The position numbers and the translations under genes were made by a program. From NCBI GenBank assembly GCA_032718475.1, contig JAUCBJ010000426.1, positions 1 through 33,731 on the forward strand: a stretch of DNA of 33,731 nucleotides, in the 5' to 3' direction. The stretch is from Nemertoderma westbladi. Lineage: Eukaryota > Animalia > Xenacoelomorpha. Positions 1 to 11,576 of this stretch are shown one piece after another; positions within the stretch are counted from its first letter, which is position 1; the number at the start of each line of letters is the position of its first letter. Under the pieces are notes generated by a model, which searched no databases, was not told the origin of the DNA, and saw only the letters and a program-made list of their open reading frames with translations.

Positions 1-67
1 TCGATACCGTTACTATACTGGATTCCATCGAACGCTGCACCTTCGTAGAATTTATAGCGTTTTTGTT

Positions 68-493
68 CAAAGGGCCGAAATACCGTGACAAAGGGTCGAA
101 ATTGATTTGTATTATAAAGTGCATATATGTATATTAATATTACCAAGCATTTTTATTGTTTCCATTAGATAATTTAACTACTGCATCCTACACTATAAGC
201 TACCAGTCTATCGGTGAAGTGATGGTTAATTCATACTTATTGTTTGAGATAAAGAACAATTGAACAATTATTGCGTAAAAGCAACAAATGGTTAACAATT
301 ATTCTCAAGAACACCCACCCCACCCCACCACACCACACCACACCCCACCCCCTTTGCCAACGCGTTAGTACATTGAATCTCTAATAGTATTTGAGAGAAG
401 CTTGTCAATGTTTACCCTTTACAATGCCTTTTCGACCCTTTGGCACGGTGGTTTTGTAGCGTGCCCAAGTACCGAAAACTGTTCGACCCTTTG
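68..493. repeat. Nested short inverted repeats, possible MITE relic
   Basis: 82-101 ACCGTGACAAAGGGTCGAAA is the reverse complement of 430-449 at 19/20. An outer pair, 68-79 and 482-493, shares the same TTCGACCCTTTG core. Confidence 0.5.
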
Positions 494-608
494 ATGCGGT
501 GCTGTTAATTTTTCCAACGTTTGTTCCACATTTCGACACTTGTACTCTTTCGAACGTTTGACCATTTTTGACCTGGTATCAATATTTATAGGTCACAGAA
601 TTGCATAC

Positions 609-676
609 GATTGTGCACAGGCTGGTCCTCACGGCAAAAACAATGTCCTGCAAAGCGGAGGCGGCTTTGTTCTAGT
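609..676 (-). mobile_element. RTE LINE fragment (C-terminal RLRFAGH region)
   Basis: Closely matches the reverse complement of ~19523-19590 and part of 4269-4314. Confidence 0.85.
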
Positions 677-885
677 TTATATCGTTATCGGCGTGGAGGT
701 AACATGTTTTCTGTATCAATGACGCGAATACCTGACCTGACAACAAGTAAGTTAAAGTACAATAAGGTTGAAGAATAGCTGTAGAACGACAGGTGCAACA
801 TCGAGATAACTGGGCACTAAGTTTGAATGCCGTAACGATTCCACTAATTATCAATTATTTAATTTATATTTTAATATAGGAGTTA

Positions 886-1158
886 ATGGCGAACTGCGTC
901 GTCATTACCGGCGTACCTCTCCCTTACGAGGAGATTGCCAGCACCCCTCCGCCTCTGCCAACCCCGCCGCCACCGGCTTCTCCGTCATATATTGGCGCTT
1001 CACCCGGTTCGGGACACCAGTCCACCACTGCCACGGGACCACTGAAAAGGCTCATCGAGAGTCGGGTCATCGCCTGGGGTGCGACCCTAGACAATATTGA
1101 CGATGTCACGGAAATAAAAAGAAAAATTCTGAAAGTTTCAGAAATACTATTATCTTAA
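886..1158 (+). other. GC-rich 90-codon Pro-rich ORF, possible exon of an unknown gene
   Basis: Locally GC-rich open frame preceded by ACTAAT (843-848), a T-rich tract and AG (878-879). No recognisable domain. Confidence 0.2.
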
Positions 1159-1379
1159 AAACTAAATTTATATTACACAAATGTATATGCATGTTGGATT
1201 GTAGACGTAGCTATTATACTGTATTTGATTGTGTGGACATGTATCATAACCTAAAATGTGTAAACTTTTCTGCTGGCTTCGTTCGCTCACATCATTAGGT
1301 GCGCTCTAATTGCTTACCTCGTAACTTTGTGTTGAAATATAAAAAAAGTTACTACAGTCCAGCTCACCAACAGAGTGCC

Positions 1380-1521
1380 ATCGGATCCGATCTGAACCGA
1401 TCGGATCCAACAGCTTCAAACACTTTCAGACAAACTCCAACAGTCCAACAACTTCAAACAGATTCAGACAGTTTCAAACAGATTCAGACAGTTTCAAACA
1501 GAATCAGACAACTTCCAACAA
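1380..1521. repeat. Palindromic head plus degenerate 10-bp tandem repeat (AACTTCARAC-like)
   Basis: TCGGATCCGA...TCGGATCC followed by AGATTCAGAC/AGTTTCAAAC/AACTTCCAAC units. Confidence 0.75.
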
Positions 1522-2500
1522 CCTGTCAATCACTCCACCCACACTCAACCGCAACCCCAACTCATCTCCCATCTTCTTGCGCGCAGATAGAATGAAAGCG
1601 TTTGAAACTACTAAAGGAACTCCATTCATAAAGCCACAATAACGACAGAGTGGACTGGCCACTGGCGGTGCCCTTGAACATTCCCACTGTAACTTAAGCT
1701 GACCTGAAGGAACAGCCCATTAGTGAGGTCGGTATTTCTCTTTATTCCTGCCGCTATCTTTGAATAACACAATAGCAGAAAGCTAACCAGTGGTCTACCC
1801 CCAATACAAGAAAGACAAGTTGGCTACCATTGAAATGAATGGGGAATGGAATTCTGTGTTCACATACTAATGTTGCTTTGGGTTGGTCTAGAGCCATACA
1901 ATAGAGCTTTACGGAAATACACTTCCAAAGAGTCAAGCAGTGGCGGTATAGGTCCAAAATGCCCATGTAGAATTTCTTCGAATAAGGCTCAATTTCTTTA
2001 AATTACATTAATTAAAATACTGATAAATATATTTTGCTTTTCGCAGGAGGGACAGTATCCCCCTCTGCAGTTAATATAGTGTACGTACATGTGTTAGTTA
2101 TATCGTTGCGTTTATTTATATTTATACAGGTTTGGATATGATCTCTACTAGTTTGATTTTTGTTTTGTCAATTAATTAATTGTGCGGTTAATTTGTCAAT
2201 CACAGCCTTAATTGGCTACATTGCTTATTGTATGAATGAATATAATTAGTTATTAAGACATTATTTTAATTAGTATCTGATGTGATTAGGTCTACCTTTT
2301 ACATAACAACAGTACGTCAATGGCGGATATACTACTACTACTAAGTCGAGCGAACTCGGACAGTGGAAATGAGATCCTTCCAGGCTTCCCGATTCTCCAT
2401 AGTTGTCGCAATTTCGTTTCTCCCAAGTTCAGAGATGGCGGATATCATTACATCATAATATGGCATGGCAGTCACGTGAAAACAAGGGCATTCACATTCC

Positions 2501-3389
2501 CAATTCTCTATCTAATCTATTATGGTTGTGCGTAATGCTCAATACGACTTTATGATATTAATTCATTCACGTTTAACATTAACAGCCACGTTTCATCAAC
2601 CCCCCCACCTCCCCTTCCTATGTGACAAACTATCACGATATGTTGGCGTTGGGCCCCGTCCCTACGTCCACCCTCCCTTGTGAAGGGCTAGGGGGGACTT
2701 TCGACCCATCATTACTAAAGGGTAGTGATAATATTCAAAATAAGTTTTCCCATGTATACGTAATTTTATTCTTAAATAGGTACTTGTTTGTTCCTAAATT
2801 CTGCCTAAATGCTGCCTTACTCAATGTTAAATAATTTATTGTTCTCGAATATTTATTTCGTAACTAGGGAACCGCTTAACTTTTGCGTATTAGCATAAAT
2901 TATTGTCGTATGCTAAAGTGGTTTTAATTAACTAAAAGACATATAAATTTTGGCAGGTTAAACTGCTAAAGGTCTTCGAAAGCGCGAACACAATTCTCTA
3001 TCTAATCTATTATGGTTGTGCCTTGTGCGTAATGCTCAATACTACTTTATGATATTAATTCATTCACGTTTAACAACATTAACAGCCACGTTTCATCAAC
3101 CCCCCCCCCCCCCCCCCCCCCTTCCAATGTGACAAACTATCACGATATGTTGGCGTTGGGCCCCGTCCCTACGTCCAGCCTCCCTTGTGAAGGGCTAGGG
3201 GGGACTTTCGATCCATCATTACTAAAGGGTAGTGATAATATTCAAAATAAGTTTTCCCATGTATACGTAATTTTATTCTTAAATAGGTACTTAAATTGTT
3301 CCTAAATTCTGCCTAAATGCTGCCTTACTCAATGTTAAATAATTTATTGTTCTCGAATATTTATTTCGTAACTAGGGAACCGCTTAACT
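2501..3389. repeat. ~390-bp direct duplication (2501-2881 and 2991-3389) with a ~110-bp spacer
   Basis: Both copies start CAATTCTCTATCTAATC and end CTAGGGAACCGCTTAACT. They differ by small indels and poly-C length. Confidence 0.95.
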
Positions 3390-3974
3390 ACAATCCAATA
3401 TTGGATATGGAGTTCCGTTTCGAAGTTCGCCTTGCAGAGACTAAAGTTGCAATAACTTTTGAGTGTGTGAATGTAATTTACTCAAATAGGGTAGGTGCGC
3501 GAAAAAATAGTTGGGCTAGAAGTATTACGTGCAAACCTTTTCATTTCGATGCTCTTTCAACACAACTAATAAAATTAACCAAAAATATTTTTTTCACTCA
3601 TTGTAATTATATTTACTGTTTGCTTAATCTGTTTGTGTTTATATCTGTTTATGTGCAGTATTTAGTGCCCTACGTCAAAGAAACTAATATATTTATAGCA
3701 TTATTTACATTTCTAACTAAATTAAGGAATTAAAAACGTGTTGGTGTTATTATATTCATTTATCGGAATTTATATTATAGGAATTTATTATTCGTTTATG
3801 CATTCTAGTTAATTAATTGATATAATTAACGACATAATTATGTAAATAAAAATTATAAATGAAACAAATCTTTGTTTCGGTTTATAATTGACAATAGCAC
3901 ACCCTCACAATCACTTCAAATTGAGAGTTAAAGTGATTGACATTTTGTTAATGAACTACGCTTTTGTAAGGCAT

Positions 3975-4187
3975 TCCAACAAATTCCGATGGCGTCAAAC
4001 ATCTTCAGACAACTTCCAACAGTTTCAGACAATTTCAAACAGCTTCAGACAACTTCAAACAACTTCAGATAGCTTCCAACAACATCCAACAGAAATTTCA
4101 AACACTTTCAGACGGATTTCAGACAGATTCAGATGGGCTCCAACAGACTAAACTTGTTGGAAATATTTTCTCCAACAGAATCAAACA
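3975..4187. repeat. Degenerate 10-bp tandem repeat, same family as 1410-1521
   Basis: AACTTCCAAC, AGTTTCAGAC, AATTTCAAAC, AGCTTCAGAC, AACTTCAAAC units. Shares TTCAAACACTTTCAGAC with the first array. Confidence 0.75.
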
Positions 4188-4231
4188 GTACTAAATCTCC
4201 GTAGGTTAGCATTGTGCTTGTTTGAAGCTAT

Positions 4232-5905
4232 CTAGGATCGGCATGCTGCATTGCAGCTGCTTTTTTAAACGGCAAAAGCCATGTCCTGCAAAGCGGAGGC
4301 GATTTTGTTCTAGTGTCAAGCTTGGGGGAACCAATGAGACACCTCCAATGTTATATAGTGTCTGGTTGGAGATTTGTGCATTGTACTTGACACAATGAAC
4401 CCGGCGTAGCATTCTTGTGAATGTGCCATCCAGAGATTTGGTGTCCTCAGCAGTTAGAGCCCAGCATGGACTCCCGTAGAGGAGTACTGGAACTACTGCT
4501 GCTCTAAATAATCGGACCTTAAGTTTCCGATTAATTCTCGGTGACTTTCAAATCCTGGAAAGCCTATTCAAGGCTGCCCATGCCTTTCCCTTACGTATTC
4601 GAAGGTCCTCACCTGACTTCCGGATCCATGATCCCAGGTAACAGAAGTCGTCCACATGCTCAAGCATACCATCCTTTGAGCTTATGCTCATCCGATCAGA
4701 GACTTGCTGAGGACTTTCAAAGTTAACTGTCAAAATTTTGGTCTTTCTGGAGTTAATAAAAAGACCAACACTAGAAGCAGCATCTTCTAATGAGCTGAGG
4801 AGCCGTTGGGCTCCCTCTAATGATTCTGAGAGTACTCCTAAGTCATCAGCAAAGTCTAGATCAGTTAGGTACTTGGCAGGATTTCCTCGACTTCTGGAGC
4901 CAGTAGGTGGAGTTATCATCACCCCATCATCATTATGATGATCTAAGGACATGTGTAGAACATAGTCAACCACAATAATGAACAAGAATGGTGCAAGTGT
5001 GTCTCCTTGGAGGACGCCCCCTAACACTTCAAATGGTTCTGTGTCACCGTCAACAGTAGACACAAATGTTGTCGAACCATCGTATACTGATCTGATTGCT
5101 GCAATAATTTCATCAGGAATCCCATATAATGAAAGTATGCTGAACATACGTGAGCGAGAGACTGAATCAAAGGCCTTGAAGAAGTCAACAAAGATAACAG
5201 CCAGATGCCTGTCTTTCTTTTTTGATAATTCTTCAATTATCCTTCTAAGTGCCAAAATGGGCTCCATGGTCCCACGACCTTTACGGAACCCATTCTGATT
5301 TCCACGGAGCAGTCTCTCAATGGGATCCCTGATGCGATTTAATAGAATCCTATTGTATAGCTTTGCAGCAATCGAGATCAATGAGATTCCCCGAAAAGAA
5401 CCATAGAGTGTTAGGTTGCCCTTCTTGGGAACAGGCACCAACATATTTGTTTTCATTTCTTGTGGAACTCTTGTTGTTCGGTACATGTCTACTATGATGG
5501 GATAGATGAGCTTTAAACACTCAGGTATTTTAAAGACCTCAGGGGGAACACCATCTACTCCACTGGCACGATTGGTCTTAATGCTGTTTGCAGCAGCCTT
5601 CACTTTTGCAAAGGAGATATCATCAATGGGAATTTCTGGGAGTACAGACTCAGACACTTTTACTTCTATCAGACACTTTTACGTCATTATTGACGAGCTT
5701 TTCAAAGTGGGCCTTCCAACCATTGAGGCGATCGGCTGGTGATTCAGCCTTAACCTTGGTGGTTGGTTGGCTTTTTCGACCAGAAAGCAAGTTGATCGAT
5801 CTCCATGCCTGGGATGATTGCCTGCTGTCGTCAGCATCATTGATGGCATCAACCTGTTGGTTTATTAGCTCCTGTAAATTAACAGAGTACTGCCTGTTCA
5901 GGGTC
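4232..5905 (-). mobile_element. 5'-truncated, inactivated RTE-clade non-LTR retrotransposon (reverse transcriptase)
   Basis: RT motifs FRGISL, NQNGFR, IFVDFFKAFD, GVLQGDTLAPFLF, LDFADDL, YLGS, then RLRFAGH. Three lesions: a frameshift from a 19-bp-period duplication (5650-5682), a TGA at 4548-4550 and a ~190-bp 3' deletion. The terminus matches that of the 19100 copy. The 5' boundary is approximate. Confidence 0.93.
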
Positions 5906-7207
5906 CCTAACAAGAGAGTTATTCACAGACTGTTGAACTTCATCTTCCACATTAACTCTTGGCAATTTGCACAATGCACGGTCGTTATTGAGAGGATAGA
6001 TACCACATGTCTCAAAACCTTTAGACACATTAGCATTCATTGTTTCCTGAGTTTTAGTCAGTTTATTAAGAAGTCGGGAGAAGTCACCTTCAGAGACAGC
6101 CTTGTCACTTTCCTTTGCTCGGTATTCATCAAGAATTGCCCGCCACTTGCTCTTAAGTGGGGCAAAAAAGCACACATCAAGTGGCTGCAAAATATGTGTT
6201 GCATTTGGTGGCAACAAAACAAATGATATGTCGTTCTCCTCACACTTCTTTATTACATCGACAGAAAGGTGGGTTGACAGGTTATCACCTATCAAAACAA
6301 CTTTCCCCTCGAGTTTATTCGCATGGGGGAGGAAGATATCATTGAACCACATTGAAAAGTTCTGGCCAGTCATTCACCCAGATTCTGAAATACTAAATCC
6401 AGTCCCACCTTTACAGCACCGCTGTTTACAAAAAGGTTCACCATGTGGTGGAGCACCTTTGATCCAGGTTGGGTAAAGATTTTCTCCAGCTGTCTTGAAA
6501 ATAACAAATGGGGGAATTATAGTTCCGTCAGCAGCACTATACCACATAACACTATACTGGGTTTTGGAAGAGTGGGTGATCCTATCGGGATACTTAACAC
6601 CACGACGAAATATAAATTTATGAGTACCTGGAGTGTCACGAAAGCCAGTTTCATCATAGGTGAACAAATTACTCGGCTCTACACCATCAATGGTATCTTT
6701 CAGTTTCTCAAAGAATGCTTCAACACTCTCAGAATCGACAGCTGCACGAGCAATAGACAAGTTGTTACAGATTCTTTGCGATAGTTGGTTACGATGATCG
6801 GAAAGGAAACCACGAACCCATTTATTCCCAGGAAGATTGTTTTTAAATCTTGCAACCTGACGGCCACCACTGTCATTATTCAAATATTGCTGAACAATTT
6901 TTCGGACATCATAAGTTGATACTGGCATACGCCACTCAGCACAGGTAACAATAGCTTTAACTAAGCAATCCTGCTCAACGTTAGTCAACACCTGTTTCCT
7001 ACCAACCTTCCGAAATGATACAGGATTGCTTGAGTATTCACCTGGATCCAATTTTGAGTACTGGGAAACTGTAAATTTGTCTACACCAGTTATTTCCAGT
7101 ATTTGCCTTAATGACATGTTACTCTTTGCCATACTGACTGCTTGTTGAAGCTCAGATTCTGTGTAGCATCTGTTCCTTCTCCTAGCCCCAACCTGACGTG
7201 CTGACAT
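5879..7207 (-). pseudogene. pogo-superfamily (Fot-like/Passer-type) DD35D transposase with one in-frame stop and a truncated C-terminus
   Basis: ORFs 6374-7207 and 5879-6373 are contiguous in one frame (SESG*MT). N-terminal HTH-psq-like and CENP-B-like HTH regions. Triad YDETG / GDNLSTH / QPLD, with 35 residues between the last two Asp. Confidence 0.92.
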
Positions 7208-8229
7208 AACTGCATTTGTTATATTAGGCCTATACTGAAATTAAAATAACTATAAAATTACAAGGCCTATTTGTTAGCCTATTTCCGTTATGATGGATTC
7301 AGAAATGACGGCCACAGTCCGAAATTACCAGTAGGCTACTCTAAATTTCTTCGATTTTGAATAACAGTTTTAATTAATTAGGATTTGAGGGCCGTCTAAA
7401 GGTAACTCAATGCCTGCTGTGTTCCACACCAGTGAGTGTAAACAATGTACTATATATGATTTAAGCTTGATGTAACTGATACATTCAGTAGGCCTACCGG
7501 TACTGTAGCATAAAGATATAACTGTCTGTAGTACTGTATTAACAATTTTACAGCAACTACTGTAGTGAACTGTGTAACTTGCCCAAACGTGACATCACCA
7601 TATTATTAGGAAAGCTAAATACAGTACACTGTATAGTACTACCGGTACTACTGTAAGCCTAACCTTACTGATATCAACAATTTTGAAGTACTGAAGTAAC
7701 AGTGTGACTTTCGGAAAGAAGTCAGATGCAATTATGATGTATGTGTATAGGGGGCCTATGGTTTCTATACTTCAGATACTTAGATACAAAGGCCTAGCCT
7801 ACATTTGTCTCTTGTTATGGTTATAATTTCCTTGTCTCAAATTAGGGGAAATTCATGGAAACCGATACCATATTAAAGACAGTAGTCAAATGTAAAACTA
7901 TGAAATCTTTACCACATAAAAATAGTTTTATATAAAAATATAGCCTTTTTACTATAAAATGTCATAATTTCGAGAATCAGGTCAAAGTGGAATGCCAAAA
8001 TCTCATCGATTTTAAAACCTTAAAATTTATGAAAAAAAGCTTCGATTTTTGACGGGCCGCTAGAATATTATAAGTATATCCAATCCGGTTGAATTATTAT
8101 ACCTAACGATGTACAAGAATGGTTACAGATCATTATTCGAATTAGTTTTAAGTAGGTTTCTGTAATTATTTGGCTATAGGAGCGGAGCCCCTTGAAGTTG
8201 ATATTGAATTTGTCTCACGTTTGGGTCCA

Positions 8230-8256
8230 TGTCTCAAATTAGGCAGAATGACTGTA
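8230..8256 (-). mobile_element. Putative 5' terminal inverted repeat of the pogo element with TA target
   Basis: Minus strand reads TA+CAGTCATTCTGCCTAATTTGAGACA. TA/CAG-start ends are typical of pogo/Tc1. The core GTCTCAAATTAGG recurs internally at 7834-7846. No partner TIR was found. Confidence 0.65.
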
Positions 8257-9099
8257 ATTACCGCGAGCTCCTGTCTAGTTCTTCTCACTCAGTTTTACAA
8301 AATTTGGCCGTGTATATTTTTAGGGCGGGGATAAAACGCAAATCAATTCATAATTCCACTCTCTAATTATATAAGACTGGATAATTGCATGACTGCGTAG
8401 CTGTCATTGAATGATTAGTTGGCTGTGTCTTATAGTTGTAGGTTCTCTTTATGTAATTATCATTAACAAATGGTGTGTGATTTTTTATATTGGCGCTGGG
8501 TATTAATTCTGGTGTTAATTCTAGTATTAATCTTATTCTCGCATATTCGTTTTGAAATTGCATTCAAAAATCATTTGGGTACACTGATGTTGAAAAGCTA
8601 AAGGTACTGCGTATTACTACCGGTATTACTATTTTATCCAATTTAGTATAAATTGTGCAATGTGCAACAATAGTCAGATGTGACTTGTTGATGAGATAAT
8701 ATATATATATATATATTATAGGGATGAAAAATATGAAATGATTATGATATAAGATAATAGGACAGCTTTCTGTAGCTGTTTGTCCGTTATACTGTTATAC
8801 CGTTATACTCGTTTTAAATGCACTCCCTTAACTACAAGTGGCCTTCCTCCGATTTAATTAGTTAGCAAATGCCTGTACCGGCATTGTTTATTTACCATTG
8901 TATCGGTAGCCACACTCTTTAAATCACTTCGCTTTAAGTACAGTAGGCCGGCCTACCTATCTGTTTATTTGCTGTGCAGTTTTACTGACCCGCAATACCT
9001 AATCCCTAATATCACTTGGTATCACGGATAATTATTCAGAGGAATCTATTACATATGCATACAGCTACAGAAAATGCATACAGATGCAGCGAAAAATTG

Positions 9100-11497
9100 T
9101 ACATCATTCATTCTATCTGTACCCATCATTCACTCTATCTGTACCCATCATTCTATCTGTACCCATCATTCACTCTATCTGTACCCATCATTCTATCTGT
9201 ACCCATCATTCTATCTGTACCCATCATTCACTCTATCTGTACCCATCATTCTATCTGTACCCATCACTCTATCTGTACCCATCATTCACTCTATCTGTAC
9301 CCATCATTCACTCTATTTGTACCCATCATTCACTCTATCTGAACCCATCATTCTCTCTATCTGTACCCATCATTCTATCTGTACCCATCATTCACTCTAT
9401 ATGTACCCATCATTCATTCTATCTGTACCCATCATTCACTCTATCTGTACCCATCATTCACTCTATCTGTACCCATCATTCTATCTGTACCCATCATTCA
9501 CTCTATCTGTACCCATCATTCTATCTGTACCCATCATTCTATCTGTACCCATCATTCACTCTATCTGTACCCATCATTCTATCTGTACCCATCATTCACT
9601 CTATCTGTACCCATCATTCTATCTGTACCCATCATTCACTCTATCTGTACCCATCATTCTATCTGTACCCATCATTCTATCTGTACCCATCATTCACTCT
9701 ATCTGTACCCATCATTCTATCTGTACCCATCATTCACTCTATATGTACCCATCATTCACTCTATCTGTACCAATCATTCTATCTGTACCCATCATTCACT
9801 CTATCTGTACCCATCATTCACTCTATCTGTACCCATCATTCTATCTGTACCCATCATTCACTCTATCTGTACCCATCATTCACTCTATCTGTACCCATCA
9901 TTCTCTCTATCTGTACCCATCATTCACTCTATCTGTACCCATCATTCATTCTATCTGTACCCATCATTCATTCTATCTGTACCCATCATTCACTCTATAT
10001 GTACCCATCATTCACTCTATCTGTACCCATCATTCTATCTGTACCCATCATTCTCTCTATCTGTACCCATCATTCTCTCTATCTGTACCCATCATTCTCT
10101 CTATCTGTACCCATCATTCACTCTATCTGTACCCATCATTCACTCTATCTGTACCCATCATTCACTCTATCTGTACCCATCATTCTATCTGTACCCATCA
10201 TTCACTCTATATGTACCCATCATTCACTCTATCTGTACCCATCATTCTATCTGTACCCATCATTCTCTCTATCTGTACCCATCATTCTCTCTATCTGTAC
10301 CCATCATTCTCTCTATCTGTACCCATCATTCACTCTATCTGTACCCATCATTCACTCTATCTGTACCCATCATTCACTCTATCTGTACCCATCATTCTAT
10401 CTGTACCCATCATTCACTCTATCTGTACCCATCATTCACTCTATCTGTACCCATCATTCACTCTATCTGTACCCATCATTCATTCTATCTGTACCAATCA
10501 TTCTATCTGTACCCATCATTCACTCTATCTGTACCCATCATTCACTCTATCTGTACCCATCATTCTATCTGTACCCATCATTCATTCTATCTGTACCCAT
10601 CATTCACTCTATCTGTACCCATCATTCATTCTATCTGTACCAATCACTCTATCTGTACCCATCATTCACTCTATCTGTACCCATCATTCACTCTATCTGT
10701 ACCCATCATTCTATCTGTACCCATCATTCATTCTATCTGTACCCATCATTCACTCTATCTGTACCCATCATTCATTCTATCTGTACCAATCACTCTATCT
10801 GTACCCATCATTCACTCTATCTGTACCCATCATTCACTCTATCTGTACCCATCACTCTATCTGTACCCATCATTCACTCTATCTGTACCCATCATTCACT
10901 CTATCTGTACCCATCATTCACTCTATCTGTACCCATCATTCACTCTATCTGTACCCATCATTCACTCTATCTGTACCAATCATTCTCTCTATCTGTACCC
11001 ATCATTCACTCTATCTGTACCCATCATTCACTCTATTTGTACCCATCATTCTCTCTATCTGTACCCATCATTCACTCTATCTGTACCCATCATTCACTCT
11101 ATCTGTACCCATCATTCACTCTATCTGTACCCATCATTCTATCTGTACCCATCATTCACTCTATCTGTACCCATCATTCACTCTATCTGTACCCATCATT
11201 CTATCTGTACCCATCATTCACTCTATCTGTACCCATCATTCACTCTATCTGTACCCATCATTCACTCTATCTGTACCCATCATTCATTCTATCTGTACCC
11301 ATCATTCACTCTATCTGTACCCATCATTCACTCTATCTGTACCCATCATTCATTCTATCTGTACCCCTCATTCACTCTATCTGTACCCATCACTCACTCT
11401 ATCTGTACCCATCATTCACTCTATCTGTACCCATCATTCTATCTGTACCCATCATTCACTCTATCTGTACCCATCATTCTATCTGAACCCATCATTC
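9100..11497. repeat. Minisatellite array of mixed 18-bp (CTATCTGTACCCATCATT) and 22-bp (+CACT/CATT/CTCT) units
   Basis: Directly visible, roughly 110-120 units. Confidence 0.98.
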
Positions 11498-11543
11498 CAT
11501 CTCCAAGGTTACATGCTGTTTATTTATATCCCCTTTACTTGTT

Positions 11544-11565
11544 TACTAATTGTTTTAAATTGCAG
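11544..11565 (+). promoter_or_regulatory. Putative branch point and 3' splice acceptor upstream of the GPCR start
   Basis: TACTAAT, T-rich tract, then TTGCAG|G, 11 nt before the ATG at 11577. Confidence 0.6.
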
Positions 11566-11576
11566 GAAGGGAATCT

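Noticed and set aside
878-888. Shine-Dalgarno-like AGGAG before ATG 886
   Set aside because: Spacing is only 3 nt and the context is eukaryotic. It is equally explained as a splice acceptor or chance.
2798-2808. ATTCTGCCTAA as the missing pogo right TIR
   Set aside because: Only 11 bp match, it lacks the TA-CAGT terminus, and it lies inside an unrelated duplication.
4548-5657. Retron, DGR or group II intron RT
   Set aside because: The motifs, C-terminal region and repeat tail are those of RTE non-LTR retrotransposons.
4541-6784. Plus-strand ORFs over the RTE and pogo elements
   Set aside because: Antisense shadows of minus-strand coding sequence.
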